Origin: Cenococcum geophilum
Taxonomy: Eukaryota
DNA length: 64,000 bases
Assembly: GCA_050273025.1 (NCBI GenBank)
Contig: CP158635.1
Location: forward strand, 31,868,001-31,932,000
Direction of reading: 5' to 3'
The notes below the pieces were generated by a model. That model worked only from the letters and a program-made list of their open reading frames with translations. It was not told the DNA's origin and did no database searches. Positions 12,375 to 23,763 of this stretch are shown piece by piece. Each line of letters begins with the position of its first letter. Within the stretch, counting starts at the first letter, position 1. The position numbers and the translations under genes are program-made.

Positions 12375-15300
12375 ATATAGTTAAATAGGTATTGGGCGAT
12401 ATTTAAGTAATTATAGATAAAGCGCCTATAGAAATTAGCAAAGCCTAGGAATACTTAAATATCCTAGTAGCTTTTTAGCTCCGGCCACTCCTAGATCATC
12501 TACACCCGTATTAGGTCTATAACTATACCTATAGGCGTTATAATATAACCCAGGAACTTAACCTACTTAGTATTAAAGATATACTTTAACGCCTTAGCGT
12601 AGAGGCCCTAATTATCTAAACGTTCCAGTACTTCGCGGATATATTACTTGTGTTAATCCTCGTCTTCTAAGTAGATTAAGATATTATCTAAATAGATAAC
12701 GTATATACGGTCAACTAGTCCCCCTAAGGCTCTATAAATATATAATTGGAATATCGCAGGTGCATTAGCTAGCCTAAAAGGTATTACCAAATACTTAAAG
12801 TGGCCGTATTAGGTCTTAAAAGCGGTCTTTTACTTATTCCCTTCTTTAATACGGAGCCTATAATAGGCGTCTTATAGATCCAGCTTTGTAAAGATCTTCG
12901 CCCTAAATAGCTGATTTAGCATTTTACTAACTAGTAGTAGTGGGTAACGGTTCTTAATTATAATCTTATTAAGACCGCGATAGTCTACGTATAGCCTTAT
13001 AGTTCTATTTAGTTTTAGGATAAAGAAAATTAGTACGCCTAACAGCGACTTACTAGGCTAGATCTACCCCTTTTCTAGTAACCTATTAAAGTACTCCCGT
13101 AGGATCTTAAGCTCTTTACGCAAGAGGTTATAGATAAGAAGGTTTAGCGGTTATTTGCCTTCTTCTAGATTAATTATATAATTATACTCCAAGTTCTATA
13201 GTAGGACTTTTGCTCTCCTACTCGAAAATACCCTTAGTAAGTCCCTTAGGCCTACTAGAATATTTAACAAATTAGGGTCGCGTTTGTCCTCTATATTATC
13301 GTTAGGTAGATTCTAGAGCTTTCTTAAAATACTTACGGGCAGCGTTATACGCTATAGTAGTTACTTATATATGGTTACCATTATACATTAAACCATTTTA
13401 TACAGTAGCCAGTAAAGGGCAGGGAACTCCTTAACGCAGCGTTTAAGGTGCCGTAGTATACTCTCCGTATATTACTTAAGCTAGAGTAACCTATAGCGGT
13501 TAAAATATCTTATAAGATCCTTAAGATCGCCGCCTCCCTATAATGTCTCCGCGACCTATTTAGTAGTTCCCTATAGGGTCTCCATTATAAAGGGGTTATT
13601 ACCTATACTAGGCTCTATACCTATTTTACTATTAAATAGGGGTTAAATCTAATACTCCTTTGGGTATAGAGTGTACACTATTTTACCTAGGGCTATATTC
13701 TTTAGGATGTCCTTTAGGCTTATTAGTAATATACGCCCTTTTAAATCTTTATTATTTTATTATTTAAAGGCTCTAGTCTTAAAGCGTATCTTAGGATTTA
13801 CTTCTGCTAGCTAAGGGTATCTAAGAATAAGGTTATAACCTATAAAGTTAGCCGCTTAGAAGGGTTACGGGCTAACTACCTTAATGCGGTTGTATATATT
13901 AGCCACTAACACTATAAGCTTATAGGCACTATATAGCTTAATCTAATACTTATCTAGAAAGCCTATAATAGGTTTCTGCTACCTTTATAATGGGATAAGT
14001 TTATACTCTTTTACTAAATCATATTATATAAGATTAATTTCGGCGCCGCTATTATATAGTGCTTAGAACTGTTATACCATACCTATAGGGAGTATTATTT
14101 CTAGCTTAACAGCAATACGGAGAGTCTTTTCTTCCGTATCTTGCCCTAGTTACAGCTAAAAGAGGTCCGCAACTAGGGCTTTTCTTTTTTTAGATTATTA
14201 GTGCGGTTATTACTCTACTTATTTTTCTAATAGAATCTACCTCCGGAGTTTTCTCTTAACTTTTTAAAGTGTTTCCGTAAAGGTGCCAGACGGGTATTAG
14301 GTTAACCCTAGAAGTCTTTCCCGTTATTTAAGGTTCCTAACTTTAACCCTTTTAAAGTTCTCTTTAAGAACAGCTTCTTTAAAGGTTAGGTCTGCCCTAT
14401 ATTACTACTAAAGTGCCCGCGCTTTTAGTGACCCCTTAACTTTCTACTAGAAGAGGTCTGGTTCCTTATTATATCTTTAGCGTTTAGAACTGCTTATTTG
14501 AAATCTATATATATAGTAATCCATAATAGGGCTCCTACGCGCTTTATCTTATTATAAATTACTAGCTTAATTCTAGCCTAGATAAACCCAATTTCTCCTT
14601 TTTATAGATGCTACCGCCCTTATTTTTAAAGGGCTCTAAATCTATCTACTAAGTATAAGTTTTTATAAAGTTTATAAACTAGCGAAAGTCGTGGCAGTCT
14701 AGCTAGATCCTATTTTAGAATAGCTCTATATTATTATATTATATAATATACGGATATTAAGTCCATTTCTTTAGAAAGGTTTATAGCTATAGCTATATAG
14801 TAATTTACTCTTTATTAAGCTAATTAAGTGCAATCTAGTTTAGTAATTGGTCTTTAATCTTGCTAATAATCTAGTATATACGCTCTTTAGTATTATCTTA
14901 TATTATTAGCATTTTAAAGAAGTTATTTACCTTATAAACCCAATCGTCTAACTGCTAGGCGTTAGGTCTATGGCGGAGTTCTAAACTACTAAAGGCCTTA
15001 GCCAGTTAGTCTATATCCTTTTTCTATTTATAGCGTAGATAACTCTCTAAGTCTTTTATACCTCCTTAGGTAGGTATTAAGTAGCTTCTAGGAAGCCCTT
15101 AGCCTTAACTAGGTTATAAAAGAATTTGCCTTGCTTAGATTAGACCCTACTAGATCTAGATTTACCCTTAAAGGGTTCTAATATATTTATTAGTGGCTTC
15201 CTTCTATATAGCTTCTAAGAGCCTTACGATAGCTTTCTAATATCTATCTTAAAGAAGATTGGTATAGGGCTCTTAACCTTCTAAACTTAGGCCTAGGGAG

Positions 15301-15864
15301 GCTCCTACTATAAAGGTAGTGTTAGTACTAGTAGCTAGTATAGGCTTCCCAACAAGGCTTGGGTCTTAAGTTAGTAATTAGCTTAGATTACCTAAAGAAG
15401 TAGGCCCGCTTAGCTTATAAGCAGTCTATATACTACTACTATACTAATTATAGGCCGGTGGTCTTCTGGGAGGGTTCCGGTTGGTTCCCTAGTTAAATAT
15501 ATTAGTGTATTTTTCTGGCATTTCTAGCTTAGGGGAAGATCTTAGAGTTGCCTCTAGCGCTTAATCTTCTAATTAGCCTAGGTAGGGCTAGAGGGGTTTT
15601 AGTTACTTTTTAGCAGCGTTATAACCGTTATAGAGGGTATCTATATTTTCCTTAGCGTTGCTAGTAACTGTAAGTATACGAGAGTCTTTAAGCTCTTAGA
15701 GCATCTAGGTATTAGGGCTCGTTTAGCTATCTTACCTAGAGGGTTATATTATCGCAATCTCTTGCTATTAGAGGGACCTTCCTGCCTTTACGCGACGGCT
15801 TTCTATAAGGTATTTATGGAGTTTCTATTTAGGTTATCGCGAGATTTTAAGGGAAAATAGTAGT

Positions 15865-16144
15865 TGTAAACAAAAGATGTAAATAAATAATCTAGTCCTT
15901 AAGCCGACTACCCTTCTAAAAAAGAGTAGAAAGAATTTAAATATAAGGGGATTTTATAGACAGGGGGCTATAAGGACATGATTAGAATAGAATAGATTGG
16001 TAAGAGAGATAAATCCTTAAAAAGGTAAGGCTTCTGGGATTGTGGAGATTATATACTATAGGCACGTGCCTCTAATACGTAACTGGCGACTATTTAAGGG
16101 GCGTCTGGGGGTTGTCCTAAGGGTAACCTAAGGTGTCCGTAATA
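15865..16144 (-). repeat. Probable 5' LTR of element B
   Basis: The outer end is fixed by the abrupt junction with the A2 gag at 16144/16145. The inner end is a guess from a TGTAA motif because the partner LTR is not in the window. Confidence 0.6.
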
Positions 16145-17537
16145 ATATCCCTTATATATAATTACTAAATCCTTAACCTTTAGGTTTCTATAGTTTCTTA
16201 CTCTATCTTTTATAGGCTTCTTTAGTACTACTTAGGTCTATTAGCTCCGCGCTATACTATAGTTTTTAACTTAGCTTTAGTTGTTGCGTACTTTATATTT
16301 TATATAACTATAGAACTCTATCCTAGCCTCTCTTAGCTTATTGACTTTAGTAAATCTAATTATTAATCTTAATTACTTAATCTATTAAATCCTATAGGGT
16401 GTCCGTATCTTTTATTAGGATAATTATATTCTAGACTTTAGCCTTAAGTCCTTGCTTATACTATGCTATAAGCACCTTATTATTCTACTTTACTTATATT
16501 ACTAATATCTAAAACTACGTTATATACTTAATTACTAAGGTTTATTACATAATATCTTAGAGTTTTTTTTTACTATAATTACCGCCTCTAGGTCTCTAAA
16601 TATTTATATAAGTTGCTCCATAAATTCTTCCTAGCTTAAGAATATAAATTATACCTCTTAATTAGTGGTTATTATTCTATTATTCTATATCTCTATAAGG
16701 TAAGGCTTAAACTACTTAAGTACTCTTTCTAATAGGAATAGTTCTATATATGCTATTTAATCTATAGGTATTAGTAGCTTTACTCTTTCTTATATAACCT
16801 TAAAGTATATTTACATAAGGAATCCTTTAAGCTTTAATCTTTCCCCTAAGTACCTCTTAATTAATAGTAACTTAATCTTTACCGCTCCTATCCTATTAAC
16901 CCTTTCTTCTAGCGCTGCATTATTGGTTATTAACTAGTTAACTATCTCTTATAACTATTTAACCGTTATAGGTTGTTATAAATTAGTATCCGCTATACTA
17001 GTATCTCCTCCTAACCTTAAAGTAGTTACCGCCGTTAATAGCGTTATAGTAGCTGCTTTTAGTGGCATATTATTTAACTTTCTATATTTAATATTGTAAC
17101 TAGGTAGTAATTATATAATGGAACCTTATAATAGATACTACGGTAGACTTATTATTAGGCTAGGTATATAGGTAATATAAATTAAAGTTAATAATATAAT
17201 AATAACTAGTGGAGTGGTTGCCTAATAGATTAACTCTAATTATATTCTAAGAATTACTATAAGGAAGGAACTATCTAGGTAGGGACTAAGGGTCCTTAAA
17301 TACACAACCATACTCCTATAAAATCCTTCTTATATATAATATACGTGTGCTCTATCTGCTTTGTTATAGATTATACAGATCCTATAGATTATACAGATCA
17401 TGTCTCGTGACCTCGGTTACTATTCCTCGTCACATAGTTCTATTGGCTCCATTCTGGACCGTGCCTGAATTAACTAACTAGCTTCTTCCGACTCTTCTCC
17501 AAGTAGTCGTAACATCGTACTTAAAGCGTCCGTAACA
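16145..17537 (-). mobile_element. Family A copy 2: 5' LTR (17114-17537) plus 5' part of gag, cut by insertion of B
   Basis: Reverse complement of A1 4422 to about 5800; the LTR starts with an intact TGTTACGGACGCTTTAAG at 17537. Confidence 0.95.
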
Positions 17538-18387
17538 GCCTTACTTAAAATTAAGCTTATTCTAATTAGGGAAACCCCGCACTCTATTATTTTACTACTA
17601 TATAAAGGGTAAGGTTATTAAGCCTTAATTGGCAGGAGGTGGATTTTGTATTAACCCCTTGAATTATCTCTCTAAATGTATGTCTAGCATGTGAGAATCG
17701 ACATCCGTAGAATTCGGATATGCGTACCCTAGGAACCCTACACTTACGACTGTTTTCAGCTTTGGCAAGCCCCTAGTTGCTGTTGTCGGAGTATAGCGCG
17801 AGGTAAGTAAACGCCACCTAGTTGACAAGAATGGCAAATTCCTCCCCGGCACGAATTTCCACTCACTTATGATTGCCACCTCACTGTTATAAAATCAAGC
17901 TTCCTCTCCTCCAAAGCCTTTGGCTTACCTCTACTACTACCATTAGCACAGGTAAATCCTAGAGATGTCAGCGTACTGGCGAACCTCCTCAAGTCAGGGT
18001 ATCATTACTGTCCCATAGTAGCTAGATTGGAGCGATAGGCCCTCACGCTCATGAGGAAACTTTAAGGTAGGCATCCAAGGTCTGGCATTTTAATTTGGTA
18101 TTCTCGACTGTTTATACAAACCATTATGCAATGTAGTTCTCGATCAGACAAAAATTTTATGTAATGGAAGGCCTGGTAGAGTACGAATATACATCAAGAT
18201 ATCCAGATGCAATCCTACGCCGAATACAGTACAGATATAGAAACAAATAGAAGATAATCAATCCGACGGTCATCTATCAACGCCGCTATCTACTATGACC
18301 TATATACCTCTTGTTCCAGCACTTTTAAACCACCACAAAACACCCAACCCAACCCCATGCAAAACGCCTCTCCCCATTCCTCCCTCA

Positions 18388-19254
18388 TCAGCTCTGCCTC
18401 TCCCCTCCCTCAGCTCCGGCCTCCTCCCTCTCTCCAACTACCCTCCTCAAAACTTCCGCATCTTTCTCAAACTTCCCTACGACCGCCTCTATCCCCGCAA
18501 ACAGATCCCCGCCCGCGGCCGCCCTCGCCTCCTGCAATAACTGCTCTCCCCCCGCCGGCGTCTTCTGCTTCCCCTGCTGCTGCGGCTGCGGGACTTCCAC
18601 CCCCTCAACCCGCACCATCACGCCCCCACTGATCCCTCCCCCCTCTGCCACAGCCTCCTCGTCCCACGTGGGCGCCGCCCGCACTTGCGTCCCTGTGACC
18701 TGCCACTCGGCACTCAAGCTCTGCGCGGCGACTATGCTCGCGCCATCAGACCCCACATCCAGCAGCAAGAACCGCTCCTTCACGCCGGGCAGCGACGGCG
18801 GCAGTGGAGACTCGCGAACCTCGTCGTCCACCTCGTTCTCGCGCGCGCCGGGCCCTAGGTTTGGGTCGGCGTTTACGCCGTCGTTCAGCGGCTCCGGCTC
18901 CGGCGGCCGCGCGATCAGCGCCGCGTCGTCGACGCCGAGGGCGCGCATGGATGCCGCGGTCAGCAGGACCGGGTCGTCGTCGGCGAAAACGTAGTGCACG
19001 GACGGGTGGTAGTGCTCGCCTGTGTCGGCGTCTTCGATGAGCGTGAAGAAGGGCTTGAAGTTGGGAGGGGGCAGCAGGCTCCCGGCGTCGGGTTCGATGT
19101 AGGCTGCTTCGTCGGTGGGATCGGGCGGTGGAGCGGCATCGTGAGGGTTTTGAGGGACTTCTGGGGGAGGATGGAGTGAAGAGGAGGGAGAGGGGTGGTC
19201 TGGGGGGAAGACGGAGGGGAGAAGGGCCGGTGGTGGTTGTGGGTTGGTGGACAT
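18388..19254 (-). CDS. Conserved-looking fungal protein, 288 aa, putative Atg31-like
   Basis: Intact GC-rich ORF. Pro-rich N-terminus, then FKPFFTLIED..HPSVHYVFADDD, ERFLLLDV..IVAAQSLSAEWQV, VMVRVEGVE and a C-terminal amphipathic helix. The gene call is solid; the functional call is inference. Confidence 0.85.
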   Translation of the reverse strand: MSTNPQPPPALLPSVFPPDHPSPSSSLHPPPEVPQNPHDAAPPPDPTDEAAYIEPDAGSLLPPPNFKPFFTLIEDADTGEHYHPSVHYVFADDDPVLLTAASMRALGVDDAALIARPPEPEPLNDGVNADPNLGPGARENEVDDEVRESPLPPSLPGVKERFLLLDVGSDGASIVAAQSLSAEWQVTGTQVRAAPTWDEEAVAEGGGISGGVMVRVEGVEVPQPQQQGKQKTPAGGEQLLQEARAAAGGDLFAGIEAVVGKFEKDAEVLRRVVGEREEAGAEGGERQS

Positions 19255-19727
19255 TGTTGGGGTGGGAGGTGGTTGGGGTTTGGATAGAGGTTGATGGAAG
19301 CTTTATCGATAAGGATGGTAGGGACGAGGGAGCACGGGAGTTGAGCCCCAAGGCAAACAATATCACTGGCTTGGTCACATATATTGTTTACGACAGACTC
19401 AGGCGGCGTCTGCACCATTTTACATTTGTCCACCCTAACGTTCTCATCAGCTTCCGCGCAGGTATGGGATACCCAGCCAAATTCTATCCCTGCAGCGAGT
19501 CCATCTCAGACAATCGAAAGGCCAAGATTTTGAACGCATCTTTACCACCTCGTTCGATGCCTTTACAGTCTCCGGCTGCTATCCTGCGGCTCTGTCCTAT
19601 GCTCCCTACCCATTTTCTCTCACGCGTCCTGCTGCAAGAGTCGCGGATCATCATCACTCAGGTATCCACGTTAATTGCTCAGCTCTTCTCGTTGTAGATT
19701 GAATCATTCAAGATATATATGATGATT

Positions 19728-20217
19728 TCAACTTGGTGGGACAAAGTCACCGCCTTGAGTTGTGGGGCGTGTCGCCTCCTGTGCCTTACTCTTGAATGCT
19801 AAAGAGGCAAGTGGTCAGTTGGGGTGCAAGGGGAGAGCAGGACCTAACTTACGCTGTCGACACATTGGGCACTTCTCTTGAGAGCTTTCTTGTCGGAGCC
19901 AGGAGAAGATACAGTGCTATTAGAAGATTGTAAATCAGGAATGCGGTCGTAAACATGAACCGTTCATACTCGGCTTACCATATGGAAAGAATGGTTGCAT
20001 TCGCCTAGGACTGAGACATGATATTAGTGCTTGAATAAAAGAAAATATGCGATTTTCAAGCAGATGTGGACTTACGGAGAGGGCACTCATCGCCAGGAAA
20101 TTTACACTTGGAACATGTGCTATCATAAGGATTGCGGCAGATGCCACAGACATCGTCGTCTGGCATGTCCCAGCGCCACGCAGCCACAGCATTCCATTGT
20201 TTGATAGTGACCTTCAT
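19728..20217 (-). CDS. APC11: Anaphase-promoting complex subunit 11 (RING-H2), 102 aa; exons 20217-20076, 20010-19979, 19916-19853, 19798-19728
   Basis: Spliced product MKVTIKQWNAVAAWRWDMPDDDVCGICRNPYDSTCSKCKFPGDECPLLLGECNHSFHMHCIFSWLRQESSQEKCPMCRQPFKSK...; three GTAAG..AG introns of 65, 62 and 54 nt preserve the frame. Confidence 0.97.
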
Positions 20218-20694
20218 AGTAATTTCAATAGAGTGAGACACACAATAGTGGCGATAGGGGTGAAGCGGAATAAAAGTAAACAACGATGGCAGATTAATTG
20301 GCAGATAACGGCAGATTACGAAGCGGTCAAACAGGCGGCCGAAAAATAAACGTCCCACTTTGTCGAAATGACAACATCCGCCAAGACTGTCGGACATGCT
20401 GGCATTTTCTCATCAGCAGCAGGTAATGCGATCAATGGGACTCACCACCATGTCTACGCTGTAGTGACGAGCTTGAAATTGCTCTAAGCTTGCTGGTGAG
20501 CTCTTTCATGTGATAACTACCTCAGCAAAGGAGAACACGCGAAGATCCCGATCTGCAACGAGCAATATATCCCAAGCTCCAGCATCCCCTCTTTCCCACT
20601 CCCCACCCGGACATCATCTCTCTCCCCCTTAGAGCTCTTCATGTCCATTTCTTCTATCTGAACTGATCCGAGCCGATACCCTACAGCTTCCGTC
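20218..20694. promoter_or_regulatory. Short divergent intergenic region, probable shared promoter of APC11 and TUM1
   Basis: Head-to-head start codons 477 bp apart; pyrimidine-rich tracts precede both ATGs. Confidence 0.5.
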
Positions 20695-21793
20695 ATGCTA
20701 TTTGTCAGTTTCCGCGCCGCCGTTCGCCCGCTTTCGTACCTCTCTCCTCAGCTGCCTCGGGTAGCACGACGACTCATGTCCCAATATACGCTCGATTCCT
20801 ACCTTGTCACGCCTGCCCAGCTCGATTCTGCTCTTCAAAAGAATATCCACAGTCGGCTTTCTACAGCACCTCGCATAATCCCACTGTGCGCAACATGGTT
20901 TCTACCAAACGATACTTCTGGTAGGACCGGGATGGATACATTCATTGCTGGTCGTGTACCGCGTGCAAGGTTTTTTGACTTGGATGCCGTCAAGGATCCA
21001 AACTCTCCTTACCCACACATGCTTCCCTCTCCGGAAGACTTTGCCAAAGCAATGGGCCAATTGGGCATTCGGAGGGACGACAGCGTAGTTGTGTACGACT
21101 CCAAAGAACTGGGTATATTCAGCGCGCCAAGGGTAGGGTGGACCCTTCAAGTCTTCGGACATTCTAATGTACACCTCTTGAACAACTTCAGGCTGTGGTG
21201 CGAAGAAGGATATCCAGTAGAAAGCGGTGAGCCGGAAGCTGTCGAGCCTGTGGAGTATCCAGTCCCGGAGCTTGACGTGGGCAAAGTCGTGGCATTTGAA
21301 CAAGTCAAGGAGATAGCGTTGGAACAAGGAAAAGAGGGTGCTGAGGAGGTGCAAATCTTGGACGCTAGAAGTGAGGGCAGATGGAAGGGAACAGAGCCAG
21401 AACCAAGACCCGGTAAGCCATGTCCTGTTTCTTTGCCATCGCTTATAATTCGTTCTATTCAATGAATGGCCATCCTTCTAACTAGACTTAGGGCTTTCTT
21501 CCGGTCATATTCCGCATTCCATCTCCGTGCCAGTGTCTTCCCTTCTTGATGTGAAAACGAAAGCTCTACTCCCATCATCAGACCTCCAAGCTCTTTTCAA
21601 GTTCAAAGGCATCGACCCATCCAAGCCCATCATTAGCAGCTGTGGCACTGGTGTGACCGCCGCAGTCATTGATGCTGCCCTTGTTGAGGCCGGATATCCC
21701 AGTGAGAAGAAGGGACTCTACGATGGAAGCTGGACCGAGTGGGCCCAACGAGTCAAGCCTGGTGAGGATCTCATCCAGAAGGTCGGAGGCTAG
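20695..21793 (+). CDS. TUM1: Thiosulfate/3-mercaptopyruvate sulfurtransferase (tandem rhodanese), 339 aa; exons 20695-21412 and 21492-21793
   Basis: Motifs RARFFDLD..PHMLPS, LDARSEGRW.G..PEPR|GLSSGHIP, active-site loop SCGTGVTA and LYDGSWTEW. The intron 21413-21491 (GTAAGC..CTAAC..TAG) joins the two ORF-track pieces in frame. Confidence 0.95.
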
Positions 21794-21829
21794 GGTCATC
21801 ATACCTGCTGATTAATGTTTGTGGCACCT

Positions 21830-22900
21830 GCTCACCTTGTATGAATCGATAGCCTTTTGTTCTGTCGCTCTTCCCTGGGGATGAGTGTCCGCTAGTTACG
21901 TTACTAATGACTACTTTCTGTATTCTACTTCAATATTTTGACTGTTTCTAGGATTTCTCGGAGGATATCGTCACCTGAGAGAAAATGTATAACAAAGCAC
22001 CACAAGCAAGGTTCTTACCGTCCATACCAGGAATCGCTCTGTCGTGGAAGTCTTTTCGATTGGGGTTATTTGATTCCGCAATCATCCACCCATTGGACTC
22101 GAGCCGCTGCAGAATCTCCTCAAATCGTATCAATAGTGCTCGACATATTCATCCCAAACTCCGGTGAGGAGCCTTAAAAGATTCTGCAGGCTTGAGCTTC
22201 AATTTGACCGAAGTAAAAAAAAAATTAGGAAATTTCTGTTGCTTTTTGAGTTTTCAGGAATCGCCGATAAATTTGGTAGATGCGGCTATTTTACTCACAC
22301 GTCGAGGTAAACGAGTCCTGGGGATGATTGTCGATCCTTCATTACCCCTGCAGGGGCGTTGAAAAGAAATGTTCGGTTTGATATTAGCTTTTCCATTACG
22401 TCGCTTATGTGCTTTTGCTAGTTGGGGGTTTGATGATCGTTTAGGTTTCCCGTATAATTACGTCCGTGCCCTGAGGCTTGGAGTTTTAGTGTTGGAAACC
22501 GTTAAAGCTTATAAAGTCCCATATCTCTCTACGAATCAAACTTCGTCAATTTCAATAGGCGTCTTGACTGCCAAGCCTTGGTAAGTGAAGGTGGATATCT
22601 CCGCTTCATACTTCCATTACCCTATCTTCTATCGCACAATCATCCCAGCTCTTCACCTCTTTCCTCAACTATAGAACTCTGTTAATCCTACGCAACTCCT
22701 TCGTTTACATAACATATTTCATAATAACTAGTTTCTACACTCATGATTGCGAAAGCCTAGCTTGAATATAGAAATATTTTAACTATCTACGCATTCCTGC
22801 ACTTCTAGAAGCCGCCTTCAGTCTGCTTTCGAAAGACCTAGGCTCTTTTTTATTTTAAAAAAAAACCATTCGCTTCGAAATCTCTTCTGATTGGGATAGG
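21830..22900 (-). pseudogene. Possible decayed protein-coding gene
   Basis: Protein-like minus-strand frames with scattered stops explicable as C>T changes, and a GTAAGA..CAG intron-like segment at about 21975-22018. No family recognised. Confidence 0.3.
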
Positions 22901-23022
22901 GTCGCTCTCTGCAGTGTCATCAGCGTAAGTAGTTTAGTTGCCTAGTCTTTCTGACTCGTTTACTAGTCGCCCGGGGGAGCTTAAATTTCGATTTCAGGCC
23001 CTATTATCCAGCCCTAGCCATC

Positions 23023-23763
23023 ATGCGCTGCTACGCCACTCTCCGTGCAATCCTCAGTAACTTCTTCCGCCTTCCCAAACCGCTCCACCCCATCAATATA
23101 CTCGCCGTCCGCTTCCCCGCACTGCACTTTGACCACTCCTTCGCCACCGCCGAGTACGTCTACCTCACCACCACCACCTATGCGATCAACGACACCCGCT
23201 GTAGCTACCTAAAGCACGCCCCAGACGTTCGCCGCTTCTGGGCGCCCTGGGTAAATGGCGGAGATGATGTCCGTAGGGCGCAATTACTGCACGAAGAATG
23301 GATGCAGATGAAGTCCTGCAGGAATGTATTAAGAGACCAGCCGTGCGCCGCCTGCAACGGCATCTATGTAACCATCTATACCGGCTACCATGTACCATGT
23401 ATCGACGACGCGCCCGCTAGACTCGTCGGTACCAATGGGCCTGGCACGAATATCGACACGTCCGTCGATATTGAGGATCAAGTTATCGAGCGCGATAATT
23501 TTGGGCTCCCGCTGAATCGGAGGGTGCCGAATTGCTTCAGGCCAACGGGGAGGAAGATGTATGGCGACGTGTTTGTGCTAAGGGTTGCGGACGCGGAGTG
23601 GGGAGAGAAGGAGAGAGAGGCGCTGTTTGCGGATGTGTGCGGGAATCTGCTGCAGATGGCGGAGGTGAATATCATTAAGCCGGCTGTAAAGGGACTGGTA
23701 GAGATGCAGAAGCGAGAGCCGGCTGAGCTTATGCAGTTGGAGGGGATCGGGGTGGCTATGTGA
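23023..23763 (+). CDS. Hypothetical protein, 246 aa
   Basis: Intact ATG-to-TGA ORF with GC-rich third positions; motifs HAPDVRRFW and GLPLN...YGDVFVLRV. Confidence 0.75.
   Translation: MRCYATLRAILSNFFRLPKPLHPINILAVRFPALHFDHSFATAEYVYLTTTTYAINDTRCSYLKHAPDVRRFWAPWVNGGDDVRRAQLLHEEWMQMKSCRNVLRDQPCAACNGIYVTIYTGYHVPCIDDAPARLVGTNGPGTNIDTSVDIEDQVIERDNFGLPLNRRVPNCFRPTGRKMYGDVFVLRVADAEWGEKEREALFADVCGNLLQMAEVNIIKPAVKGLVEMQKREPAELMQLEGIGVAM

Larger units (their letters stand above)
1..16144 (-). mobile_element. Ty3/Gypsy chromovirus 'B', RIP-degraded, interrupted by element A1; 3' LTR lies outside the window
   Basis: Minus-strand remnants in order: gag about 15800-14200; protease L(C)DSGAEINL about 14030-14062; RT with Y(L)DDI about 12690; RNase H about 3900-4230; integrase about 2300-3000; chromodomain (ERYEVEAIL..KIKWLGWP...TWEP) about 1895-2045. 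The 5' LTR begins TATTACGGACACC (RIPed TGTTAC) at 16144. Confidence 0.9.

Noticed and set aside
18295..19697. Many overlapping ORF-track entries (for example 18357..18632, 18668..18994, 18746..19378, 18960..19433, 19128..19697)
   Set aside because: Shadow frames of the GC-rich gene 18388..19254; low-complexity translations with no motifs.
20218..20397. 60-aa N-terminal extension of APC11 in ORF-track 20056..20397
   Set aside because: APC11 proteins begin MKV.I; the upstream part has no family resemblance and is probably 5' UTR or promoter.
20902..21802. Minus-strand ORFs 20902..21462 and 21578..21802
   Set aside because: Antisense shadows of TUM1.
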